Part shown: piece by piece, positions 37,011 through 54,470 of the stretch | How the letters are laid out: every line of letters begins with the position of its first letter | Position numbering within the stretch: the first letter of the stretch is position 1 | NCBI RefSeq assembly: GCF_009914755.1 | Contig: NC_060933.1 | DNA: 64,000 bases | Direction: 5' to 3' (one strand) | Source: the human T2T-CHM13v2.0 reference genome, Homo sapiens | Position numbers and translations under genes: made by a program | The notes under the pieces: model-generated | The model's input: only the letters and a program-made list of their open reading frames with translations | What the model was told of the DNA's origin: nothing | Database searches by the model: none

Positions 37011-37810
37011 CTACCTCAGGGCCACAAACCATAAGCCCCAATCCATAATGCTTCGCACCCATCCACACAGTGTCTGAGTGGTTTCTGGGAATGGGAAGTA
37101 GGGGAGGCCCACTGAAAGAGCAGTGGTTTTTCTCTCTTTGAATATGAATCTATCACTTACCAATCCTGTGGGAAAAACAGCACTGCATGCCCTAGTTAGA
37201 CAAGAGTATGTTGTGTGTGTGACAGAAAGCACACAACTACCATTAAACTGCCATGGAAATTTATTCCGCTTAGATGTCACTGTTATGTTATAAGCTATTT
37301 TTCTTTTAAAATAAGGGAATTTCAATTTTAACCCCAGGCATAATAAAATTAACAAGATTGTCTAACCTTTGTTTGTATTGCTAATATTGTAGCAGGAATC
37401 TGTCACCTTAAAACAAACCAACCAAGGGGATATACCTTACCTTCTCTGCTCGAACAAGGACACCTTCACCAACATCTAGCCCCCACTTCCATGCAGCAGC
37501 CCCCATCTCCATACAGCATGGAGGAAGGAAAACTATTTCCAGTATTCCACCTTTAACTTCCTGCTGCCTCCCTCAAAGACTCATAGATTTTATTTCAAAA
37601 TCTGAACCCGAAGGCCCCTAACTCCATCTCTCCCTTTGCTTCTCTCTCATTTTCCTCCACTGAGACTTCTCTGGTCTGTGGTACTGCAAACATGTCGGCT
37701 CTTCCAGCAAATCTACAGGTGAACTACGTACATATTTATGCCTAAGAATTGTACTGTCTCACTGCTCATTCCAGCTTGACTCAGCCTAACACAACGATGT
37801 GCTTTTTTAA

Positions 37811-37910
37811 GGCACTTCCAGTTTCACTTCTAGCTCCTACCAGGCTTCCGCCCCGCCCCAATGCAACATAGCCCCCTCAGTTTCCCAGACCCAGGAAGTA
37901 GCAAGGTCAA
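37811..37910. promoter_or_regulatory. Intronic promoter/enhancer-like motif cluster
   Basis: CCGCCCCGCCCC 37848-37859, CCAAT 37858-37862, CAGGAAGT 37892-37899, CAAGGTCA 37902-37909, in apparently non-repeat DNA. Confidence 0.4.
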
Positions 37911-38256
37911 TTCTGTGAGGCCCATATCCAATTTGACTTGCCTCTCTCTTCTTAAAGCAATCTTGGAATTAAAATTTCTAAAGCCCCCTTTCAATTTAAT
38001 AACTTTTCTTCCATAGAAACAAGAGGTTTTAATCAAGCCTTAAAAATAAATTTGAGCCTTGTGTTTTTAATCACATAGCATTGGGAAAAATAATATAACT
38101 ATTCTACCAAATTTCAAAAGGAAACATGTTTACATCTCAAATGTGCTACAAAAAGATCCTGGTATGGTAAAACTAGTTTGATTTCGACTCCCACCCCAAC
38201 CTTTTTTAAACTTCTCCAACACAGTTCCAGAATAACTTGTCAAAATCACTTCTGAA

Positions 38257-38361
38257 GCGGTAATCCCAGCTACTCCAGAGACTGAAGTGATCGCCTGAGC
38301 CCAGGAGTTCCAGGCCAGCCTGGGCAAAATAGTGACTCTTATCTCAAAATAACAAAACAAA
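38257..38361 (+). mobile_element. Alu monomer (FLAM/FAM-like)
   Basis: Single diverged arm with A tail. Confidence 0.75.
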
Positions 38362-38482
38362 ACTCACCCTGTCAATTAGACTCAAAAGATGTATAGTACT
38401 AACTAAACATTCCAGAGTCAAATTGTAACTTCAGTTTTTATCTCAACACAGAATTTATGAGTTGCACATAAATTTACTTTAC

Positions 38483-38601
38483 TTCTTTTTAGAAATGGAG
38501 TCTTGCTATGTTGCCTGGGATGGTCTCAAACATCTGGCCTCAAGTCATCCTCCCACCTCAGCCTCCCAAGTAGCTGGGATTACAGGTGAGCCACCGCATC
38601 C
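38483..38601 (-). mobile_element. Alu monomer (FLAM-like)
   Basis: Single diverged arm. Confidence 0.8.
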
Positions 38602-39082
38602 AATTTACAAATTCACTTTAAAAAGTCAAATCTTTTCACTTCTTGCTTTGCTTCTTGGATTTGTTTGGGGAAGAGGAATGTTTCTTTTTTTTAGCAAATA
38701 ATGGTAGCTTTTACTTGAAGCTTTAAAATATCAATTTTAAAAAAACAATTTTAAAATAACAATTTGTTTTCAACTATATATGCAGTTTTAATAAAAATAT
38801 TAGATAATTCGATTACAAGAGTTCTTGACTTACATTCCTGCCATTAGCAAAGACAGTCAACAATGTCTTAAGAGCCACCAAACATATCAATCTCTAGATA
38901 TGGTCTAAACCTAAGGTTATTTTAAAAACTAAGAACAGTGAGTGTGTAGAAACTCTTCAATTATCTGGATTAATCAGCTTTTATCCTGCCTGTATAGAAT
39001 CAATGTCTTCCTCCTATGAATTCCACAGTTTAGTAATTATGAAAGGCAGAGAATTCATTTTTCCTTCCTAGGTATCCATAAA

Positions 39083-39225
39083 CCAAGCTTCTCTAACCCA
39101 TAGCCCAGGATGGCTTTCAATGCAGCCCAACACAAATTCATAAATTTCTTCAAGTGTATTTCATGTGTGGTCCAAGACAATTCTTTCAACATGGCCCAGA
39201 GAAGACAAAAGATTGGACATCCCTG
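39083..39225 (-). mobile_element. Internally shortened MER30-like element
   Basis: Same termini and blocks as 4292-4515 (GCAGCCCAACACAAATTCATAAA; AAAAGATTGGACATCCCTG). Confidence 0.75.
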
Positions 39226-39536
39226 GCCAGCAGTTAGCAGCACTCAAAGAAAAAACAGGCCTTATTCCAAAAGTTCATATAATCTGGCTTTGACCTTAGA
39301 AGCCCATTTTGCCATAGATCATTTTCTAAATGGTACGTTCCCAGGATGGCCCACCAATACCTATTAAGCCCACAATACAGATGAGATACTGAACTACCAA
39401 GCCCAGCCAAGAAGTTTTTCTTCATCTGTTTAAGTGCCCAAACAAGCACTCAGTTAAGATCTAATGTTGAGAATCACAGAGCATGGGATCTTTTCTAAGA
39501 AGTAACTTAAATATGCCTGATTTATAGAGAATCCAG

Positions 39537-40369
<833 letters not shown>

Positions 40370-40416
40370 CTACTCCTGATGTGACCAAGTAATGAATGAT
40401 TTAAAAACTCAATTTT

Positions 40417-40718
40417 TGTCCAGGCGCGGTGGCTCACACCTATAATCCCAGCACTTTGGGAGGCTGAGGCAGGTGGATCACAAGGTCAGGAGTTCAAGAC
40501 CAGCCTGGCCAAGATGGTGAAACCCCGTCTCTACTAAAAATACAAAAAAATTAGCCGGGCGTGGTGGCAGGCACCTGTAATCCCAGCTACTCAGGAGGCT
40601 GAGGCAGAGAATTGCTTGAACCTGGGAGGCGGACGTTGCAGCGAGCTGAGATCATGCCACTGCACTCCAGCCTGGGCAATAGAGCAAGACTCCATCTCGG
40701 GAAAAAAAAAAAAAAAAA
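40417..40718 (+). mobile_element. AluSg4/Sg7-like
   Basis: GCCAAGATGG and GGCAGAGAATTG variants. Confidence 0.93.
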
Positions 40719-40744
40719 CCCTCAATTTTTAAAACCCTAGCACA

Positions 40745-41052
<308 letters not shown>

Positions 41053-41214
41053 TCAGAACTTAAAAAACAAAGTTATTTCTCAGGAGAGACAAAGGCAAAA
41101 CAAAAGACTGCAAATTCTCTTCATCAGCTAAAATAGTGATCAACTTTGCTTATATTCAGTCTTTTGTTATCAAAACTACTTGCTGTGTTTTCGGAGGCTA
41201 TCTGTAAAGTAAGA

Positions 41215-41465
41215 TGCAGTAAAGCATGACGGCTAAAAATACAGATTCTGGAATTAGACTACCTGGGTTCATATCCCAGGTAACACTCCTAATAGCTGTA
41301 TCATCTCCAGCGAGTTGTTTAACCTGTGTGCTCCAGTTTCATCTGTACAATAAGTATAATATGAGTCCCTTAGGGGACTGCAGTGAGGATTAAATGAATT
41401 AATCCACATAAAATACTTAGAATAGAACCTTAAATAATAAGCACACAATAAGTGACCACTATTAT
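41215..41465 (+). mobile_element. MIR (near full length)
   Basis: AGACTACCTGGGTTC...CAGTTTCATCTGTA...GTGAGGATTAAATGAATTAAT...CTTAGAATAG. Confidence 0.8.
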
Positions 41466-41572
41466 CTAGATATTTAAAAATAGGTAGAATTTAGAAAAGG
41501 AACTGAAGGGAAAAGAGGCATTATAGGCTGAAGTAACAATCAAAGGAACAGAGGTAGAAAAATCACACACAG

Positions 41573-41876
41573 GGCCGGGCGCGGTGCCTCACGCCTGTAA
41601 TCCCAGCACTTTGGGAGGCCGAGGCAGGCGGATCACCTGAGGTCGGGAGTTCAAAACCAGCCTGGCCAACATGGTGAAACCCCATGTCTACTAAAAATAA
41701 AAAAATTAGCTGGGCATGGTTGTGTGCACTTGTCGTCCGAGCTACCCACTCAGGAGGCTAAGGCAGGAGAATTGCTTGAACCCAGGAGGTGGAGGTTGCA
41801 GTGAGCAGAGAGAGCACCATTTCACTCCAGCCTGGGCAATAGAGTGAGACTCTGCCTCAAAAAAAAAAAAAAAAAA
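41573..41876 (+). mobile_element. AluS
   Basis: Alu consensus. Confidence 0.95.
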
Positions 41877-42072
41877 TCTTATTACTATTAATGCAATTGT
41901 GATGTTTTTGCAATCCCAAAAATGCATTTGTTCTGCTAACACTGTCATGATCTATCATTGAACTGATGCATATCTGAATTATCTCTGAAATCCTCACTGT
42001 GTCTAGTACATAGTAAGCATTCAACAAATGTTTACCAAATTATTATTAATATTAGTAATTATTAATCATTAT

Positions 42073-42369
42073 CTTTTTGTGTGTGTGTAAGACAGAGTCT
42101 CCCTCTGTCACCCAGGCTGGAGTGGAGTGGCATCATCTCAGCTCCTGCAACCTCCATCTCCTGGGTTCAAGCAATTCTCCTGCCTCAGCCTCCCAAGGAG
42201 CTGGGATTACAGGCGCCCACCACCACACCTGGCTAAGTTTTTGTATTTTTAGTAGAGGCAGGTTTTCACCATGTTGGCCAGGCTGGTCTCGAACTCCTGA
42301 CCTCAGATGATCCGCCACCTTGGCCTCCCAAAGTGCCGGGATTACAGGCGTGAGCCACCATGACCGGCC
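42073..42369 (-). mobile_element. AluS
   Basis: Alu consensus. Confidence 0.93.
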
Positions 42370-42447
42370 TCAAATCATTATTTTTTAGTGGCCAACAGAG
42401 AGCAGTAAAATAGAGACAGGGGTTAATTCCCTAAAGAAATATAAACT

Positions 42448-42752
<305 letters not shown>

Positions 42753-42838
42753 TTATAAATGAGGCAAATAACCTAGATAATAGTTTACAATTAAGCTAAA
42801 ATAAGTCATTGCTAATCAACATACTTAACTAAAACAGG

Positions 42839-43123
42839 TTTTTGTTTTGTTTTTGAGACTGAGTCTCGCTCAGCCACCCAGGCTAGAGTGCAGTGGCGTG
42901 ATCTCGACTCACTGCAACCATGGTCTCCCGGGTTCAAATGAGTCTCCCGTCTCCCCCATAACTAGGATTACAGGCACCCGCCATCATGCCTGGCTAATTT
43001 TTGTATTTTAGTAGAGACGGGGTTTCCCCTTGGCCAAGCTGGTCTTGAACTGACCTCAGGTGATCCGCCCGCCTCAGCCTCCCAAAGTGCTAGGATTATA
43101 GGCATGAGCCACCCCACCCAGCC
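42839..43123 (-). mobile_element. AluS
   Basis: Alu consensus. Confidence 0.93.
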
Positions 43124-43231
43124 AAACCTTGTGTATTTTATTAAAGTCTCATAAAATGTAGCTGTCAAATTGGTACAGCCTTTTCAAAGGATTATTTGGG
43201 CAATATCTTTTTAATGGACTATCGGGCAATC

Positions 43232-43525
<294 letters not shown>

Positions 43526-43753
43526 TAATCCAGGACAAAATTATGCTGGCGGGTAAGAATAAAGGTCTAACTCCTAACTTGACTCCAAGTAATTAGAGGA
43601 AAGGACAGCTTACAGTAGCCATAGGTTTCCATGGAGTACACACTATCTACCTGTACACCATAGACGTAAATGCTAATTACAGCAACAAAAAGGGCCACCC
43701 TTATCCTGAGAATGGACTCCTGAAGTTTACAGTCTTAAAGTCTAAAGATTATT

Positions 43754-44049
43754 GGCCAGGCGCGATGGATCACGCCTGTAATCCCAGCACTTTGGGGGGC
43801 TGAGGCAGGTGGATCACAAGGTCAGGAGTTCAAGACCAGCCTGGTCAAGATGGTGAAACCCCATCTCTACTAAAAATACAAAAAAATTAGCCGGGCGTGG
43901 TGGTGGGCGCCTGTAATTCCAGCCACTCGGGAGGCTGAGGCAGAGAACTGCTTGAACCTGGGAGGCAGAGGTTGCAGTGAGCCAAGATCACACCACTGCA
44001 CTCCAGCCTGGGTGACAGAGCAAGACTCGTCTGGAAAAAAAAAAAAAAA
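43754..44049 (+). mobile_element. AluSg4/Sg7-like
   Basis: GTCAAGATGG and GGCAGAGAACTG variants. Confidence 0.93.
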
Positions 44050-44105
44050 GATTACCTTGCAATCAACTCTTTGGTGCATTTCTTACAAAATACAACAACA
44101 AAACA

Positions 44106-44734
<629 letters not shown>

Positions 44735-44865
44735 AACAGCAGTTTGAGATACCAAGTAATACAGTAATAATTAACATATTAAGAAGAAAATTTTCACTAA
44801 AAGATTGCCAACAAGACTTCTTAGAAGCACATCATGACGTAGAATGGTTGATATAAGTGTTTATT

Positions 44866-45201
<336 letters not shown>

Positions 45202-45204
45202 TCA

Positions 45205-45612
<408 letters not shown>

Positions 45613-46526
45613 TCATTCTGGTAACACAAACATAAGGCAAAGTAGACCCAGATTTCTATATATTTTCCTCTAAAGTACTTTTAAGTTACAATTTCAGACT
45701 TAAAGAGAAAGGTTCCAAGCTCAGTCTTGTCCTTTTTTAAAGCTGCAAGTATTATAATTTAAAACTCTGAAATGTATTCACTTAAACACGTTCCTGTCAC
45801 TATTAACAACAACGCTCCATTATCCACTTTTGGTACTGTCTCCAGATGATTTTTAATCCCTGCCTGACTTCTCCCTACCAACAAGTACTTGGATACCATC
45901 TTTACCCCGCCTGCCCCCACTACTTGGTTGTGCCTAGGGAATTATAATTACAGCAATCCCGCCTTTAGAACATCCTCAGAGCACAAAGCTTCTTTGTATA
46001 ATGGTGGAGGGAGGGTGCCCTCCAGGCTCCACAGAAAAGAGTGGGTGGTAGCAACAGAGGAAGAGGAACTGGAGCCACTATGGTGGCCCTCAGTTCTAGT
46101 TCAATATCGTTTGTGGGAATTTACTTGTAATGACCAGCCAGGGTTCTGTTGAGCTTCTGCATCTCCTCCCATGTGGGGGTGGAGAGAAGCAGGGCTTATC
46201 TTGGCAGATGGGCACAATCACCATGCCCAGAAGACCAGGGAGCAGAAGGAAGCAAGAAATTTGGGAGAAAAGCAAGCAATAACTGTCTTGAATTGCACCC
46301 CTCTATGCGATTCTCAAGACCTTAAGTGAGGAAGTTTTGACAACAAAAGCTATCATCCTAATTAACCAGTGGTTGGTATTGGCATTACTGGCACTCAGTA
46401 GATGCTCAAAGATGTATTGAGGTGGCAATAAAAATCTACATAGGAAGACAAATCTATAAAAAAAAAAGTTTTAATAAGATAGCACAAAAGCCAAATGAAA
46501 AATACTTTTTATTAATTATGAGTCCC

Positions 46527-47006
<480 letters not shown>

Positions 47007-47246
47007 TAAATGAATACCTGTTTTACTTTCTGCCTACTCTACTTCTGTTTAGTCTGAGAAACTGCTCACTTTTTAGTTCTCTGACAATAAAACAAATTTC
47101 AACAGAAGGTCAGCATGCAGCATCTGCAGCCACTAAAATCCAAGGTGCAGAAGCAGAATGGACAGCCAACTTTTCAACTCCAAGAACATCCCAAAAGCAC
47201 TACAAATTGTCCTACTACCTAACTGCTTGCTATTCTATGTATACAG

Positions 47247-48025
<779 letters not shown>

Positions 48026-48585
48026 AGTGATAGCTTTTGATAGCGTAACTATTGATAAACCCCAATATACTCCCATCATTCTACTCTTCCACCTGTCCAA
48101 CATCACTGCAGTTAACTGTTCTCAGCAGTCCCAAGAACAGCGCTAATATCCATTTAAGTAGAACAGGAAAAAAACTGAAACCAGTCTGGGTAAGGCCTGC
48201 AGGTAAGAATTGTTTATTTCCCTTCTGTGGGCAAAAGACCACTTTTGTTAAACATCTTTAGTTTTTTAACATATAATTTCTTTCAAAAAATTACTCCAAG
48301 ACAGCAGCATAAGCAAATTGAAACTTCCTATCCCACCACCCTCAATCATGTTTAAAAATAATAATAAAAAAGACAACAGAAACCACTTCAAATGTATCTT
48401 TCCCTTGAGCCCCCAGAACAGCATTCATCCACGACAACTGTCCTGAAAAACTCTGCCATTATTTCCAAAAGCAGTAGGAAGTCCGGTCTTGTCCTTGGTT
48501 TGTACTCCCCCCTCCTCTCTCTCCAAGAAAAAATGAAACAGCAGGAAGCGTAAACAACCACTTAATGGAAAATACAAATGGGTAA

Positions 48586-49384
<799 letters not shown>

Positions 49385-49611
49385 TAGCTTATTCTGTACA
49401 TATTTCTCCAGCCTCATAACAAAGTTTACTATTTTAAGCTGTGCTCTTTGGTTCAGCTGAGCATGGTGATGAAAAGCCCCTTCCCATGAAAAGTTCACAT
49501 GGAGAACTCTTGAAGCCCCTAGGGCAAGCACTAACCCAGACCTCATGGTAAAGCCCACAATGCATATGGATGAAACTGTTAGTTACAGCTGGACTGACAG
49601 TTCCAAAGCTG

Positions 49612-50212
<601 letters not shown>

Positions 50213-50802
50213 TCAGATTTGTTAACATAAATTCATTCATAAACACATCAGGACTAAGGAAGAAAGGTCTAGTAGAGAAGGAAAACTAGCAAATTTTGGA
50301 GAAAGGACACTCTTCCATCTTGAGGGATAATCAGTTGTCTCCTAAAGACCTTAATCTCTGACCATAGGTTCAGACGGCTGAACCTCAAATGTTGGTCACA
50401 AGCTAAAACAATCACTAGCATCTGCAGAGGGATGGATCATCTTTCTCTTAAGACATAATGACATGTTTACCTTTGGGGGTTTTACTTTCTCCAAATTTTC
50501 CTTCTCTGCTAGACCCTTTTTGCCCTTACTTTGAAACCACATACAGTTGACACATGTGTTAAAATCTGTAAAACCTGATAAACAACCCTGGTAGGTAGTG
50601 GGCCCCTTAGCTAACTCCATGAAAATCAGAGGAATGGACAACCTAGATTAAGAGGGGTATGGCATCCAACCCTATCATTCTTTTATGCTCCACAAAAGAG
50701 GTAAAGTATCACGTGGGTCAAAATTCCATCCCAGTCATCCAGGAGTGGGAACAGAGGGGCAGCCTAAGGAAAAGATGAGGACTAGGCTGGGGCAAACCCA
50801 AG

Positions 50803-50970
50803 ATAGTGGTTCTCAAACTTTAGTGGGCATCCCAATCTACTGGGGAGTTTTCTCAGAATCAGATGTCTGGGTCCCTCCCTACACCTGATATATCAGAATG
50901 TCCTGGAGCACATCTATTTCAACAAAGCTCAAACTGCTGACACAGGTCCAATAGAAAGTTTAGAAATAAT
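50803..50970. mobile_element. MER5A-like element
   Basis: TAGTGGTTCTCAAACTTTAGTG...AACAAAGCTC...AAGTTTAGAAAT. Confidence 0.6.
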
Positions 50971-51149
50971 GAGAAATCTACCGCAACTATCAGCAGTTCC
51001 AAAATAAAAGTCATCCACTGCAAAACTAGGTTTAGCAGGTCAGAAAGGGGCGAAAAAGGATCACCAGCCTGCATGTCTAACAGGCTGCGCTAGGCTGGAG
51101 CCTGTAGGAGAGGTCCATTATTATGAAACAAAAACTGTGTTCTATAAAC

Positions 51150-52290
<1,141 letters not shown>

Positions 52291-53679
52291 TCTTGCTTTT
52301 AAGTATACATTTGCCAAATATGTGTGTCTTAGAGTTTTTTAGGAAAATCTAACCCATCTTGTCTGAATTGGGGCAGTCCTTCCCAAAGCACCCTGCCAAC
52401 AGCCACCACAGCAGGAAAGCTAAGGTGCAAGAGGGCAGCAAGAAAACAGCTGACTTAAACAAGGAATCATCTTGGACAAAGGGCCTTAATTAATGCATTT
52501 GTTAATTAGTCTTTCCCTTCCCTCTTTTGTCAAGCCTTACTTCCAAGACAATACTCCAGGCCCTGTGGGTCTGCATCCTTAGAACAAGAGCGAGAATGAG
52601 GGGGAGGGGGTGCTCAAGCTAGAACGTTTCTATAAAAGTATAGCTGTCCTTACTAAAAGAAAATAAGTGACTGCAGACCAATTCACACTCAACCTTGTAA
52701 GCTACCATCCACCTCCAACAGACTCCTTTCAAACTCATCACGTTTGGCACCTTCTTTGAAACATCCCAATCTTTTTCTCCAGACTAGACACCGTCCCCCG
52801 CCCTTCAGCAACCCTTTCATCTCCCTTCCCCCACAATGACTGAATACCCTCTCCTTTTTCCCCATTCTATTTTCTAGCTCCACGGGACCCTCGTCCCTGC
52901 CTGTAACACGTTGCTCTCTCCCTTCCCTCTAGAACTGCAAGTCCTTTCCCCTTCCAAGGGACATCCGCAGTCAAAACAACCCACCTCATCATCCACCCCA
53001 AATAAAAACGGAAATCCCATGTATTACATGCCAGGCAGGCGGGTGACTCGGTCCCAATCCTCCCAGCTTCCTTCCCCCTTCAAGCCTGGGATAGCTGTTC
53101 TTTCTCGGGGAGTTCTCCAAGTGTGGTAGGTCCAAACCACCTGGAAAAAACTCACATGGCCTTCTGTGCCGTAAACGTCTTTACCAAGGCCATGTATGCA
53201 TTTCTGGTTTCGGCATGAACGAAATTCGGGCCATTTACTGAAAAAAGACACCTTACGGGCGCCTCCACAAAAGCGGGCAGGCCTCCCTCCCAGTAATTCC
53301 AGCTGAATTGGTTTAGTCAGTGCAGTGGTGGGGAAGGTGGCCTGGCAGAGACCAAACGGTCCCCACGATAAGAAGTTTCCGAAGCTCTGCCCCACTCACT
53401 CAAGAAAGCCCTCTCCCCGAGAGCACACCCCGCACAGAAGTCTTTCCCGCTGCGGCTCCCCAGGGCACCACCAAGCTCCCAAGTCGGCCCCCTGCTCTTC
53501 CGTCCCACCCCGTAAGAGATCATTACTCCCAAACCAGCCCAAAAAGGGCTGGGTGGGTGTGCCAGGGTCCAGGGCCTGACCCCCTCCCCCGAGATCTGTC
53601 TCCCTCGGCTCCTGGGGGCCGGGGGATCGACCTCTTCCCAGCCCCCTCTGCTCGGGGCCCGCGCCGGCCCAGGGTGGCC

Positions 53680-53775
53680 CTGGGTCCCAGCCAAGCTACG
53701 GCTCTCATTGGCTATGTGACCTTGGGCAAGTCACTTCCCCCTCTAAGCCTCGGTTTCCTCCTCCGCCGAGCAGAG
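53680..53775 (+). mobile_element. MIR core fragment inside the CpG island
   Basis: GGCTATGTGACCTTGGGCAAGTCACTTCCCCCTCTAAGCCTCGGTTTCCTC. Confidence 0.75.
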
Positions 53776-54020
53776 ACCTAGAGAGGTCCTGCCCTGCACA
53801 CCCTGGGGGAGGGGGCTACCCACCGGGTGGGAAAACGCTTTGTGAGCGCTCGGCGCGGCTGAGGCGCAGGGCTCGCAGGGGCTCCGGGGCCGGACAAAGC
53901 TGACCCGGACAACGCTCCTCCCCGTCGGCGGGGCCGGGCGCCTGGACCACACGCCTCCGGCCCCCACCCGCGGGACCGACCCACGCCCCTCCCTGCCTGG
54001 CCCGCTCCGGGACCCCGTAC

Positions 54021-54273
54021 CTGCTCCCGGCGCTCGGCCGCAGGCGCCGCCACCCTGGGCTCCCGCCCGGAGAGGCCCGTGGCCCGGAGGGCTGAGGCGG
54101 TCCGTGGCGGCGGGCTCCGGCCGGGGCGGCGGCGGTGGGGGGCGCGGGCGGCGCGGGGGCCCAAGCTCGGCGGGGCCCGGCCTGGGAGACGACGACTGAG
54201 GCTGAAAGTGCGCGGCGGCGGCGGCTGCTGAGGCGGCGGCGGCAGCGACCGCGGCGGCCGCGCTTCCGCTCAT
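54021..54273 (-). CDS. Possible coding part (N-terminus or uORF) of exon 1: MSGSAAAAVAAAAASAAAAAAHFQPQSSSPRPGPAELGPPRRPRPPPPPPRPEP..., 84 codons + 1 nt to the donor
   Basis: ATG at 54273 in context CCCGCC-ATG-A; frame open to the donor (phase 1); low-complexity Ala/Pro; no recognisable domain, so it could be an untranslated 5'UTR. Confidence 0.35.
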
Positions 54274-54420
54274 GGCGGGGCCGCGAGCAGCGGCTCCGGC
54301 TGCGACTCGACTCCGGCGCGGCAGGCGCTGGCTGGGCCCCGGCCGGCAGCAGCGGTGGCGGCGACGGAGGCGGCTCCCGAAGGGGGAGGAGGCGGAGCCG
54401 GGAAGCGGCGGCGGCGGCGG
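54021..54420 (-). other. Putative first exon of a minus-strand gene (5' boundary approximate)
   Basis: Minus-strand donor CAG|GTACGG at 54021/54020 followed by GGG/GGGG runs; GC boxes and CCAAT lie just upstream (54419-54470); no downstream exon recognised in the window. Confidence 0.65.
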
Positions 54421-54470
54421 AGGGGGCGGGGACGTGGAGGGGGCGGGGACGCCGAGCCGCGGCCGCCAAT
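54419..54470. promoter_or_regulatory. Tandem GC boxes (Sp/KLF-type) plus CCAAT box
   Basis: GGAGGGGGCGGGGACG at 54419-54434 and identical at 54436-54451; CCAAT at 54466-54470. Confidence 0.7.

Noticed and set aside
54021-54420. Assigning a gene name
   Set aside because: A distal GC-rich first exon with a >54-kb Alu-rich intron fits many genes (the distal RNF38 promoter is one unverified guess); no recognisable coding exon is present, so no symbol is given. BLAT would settle it
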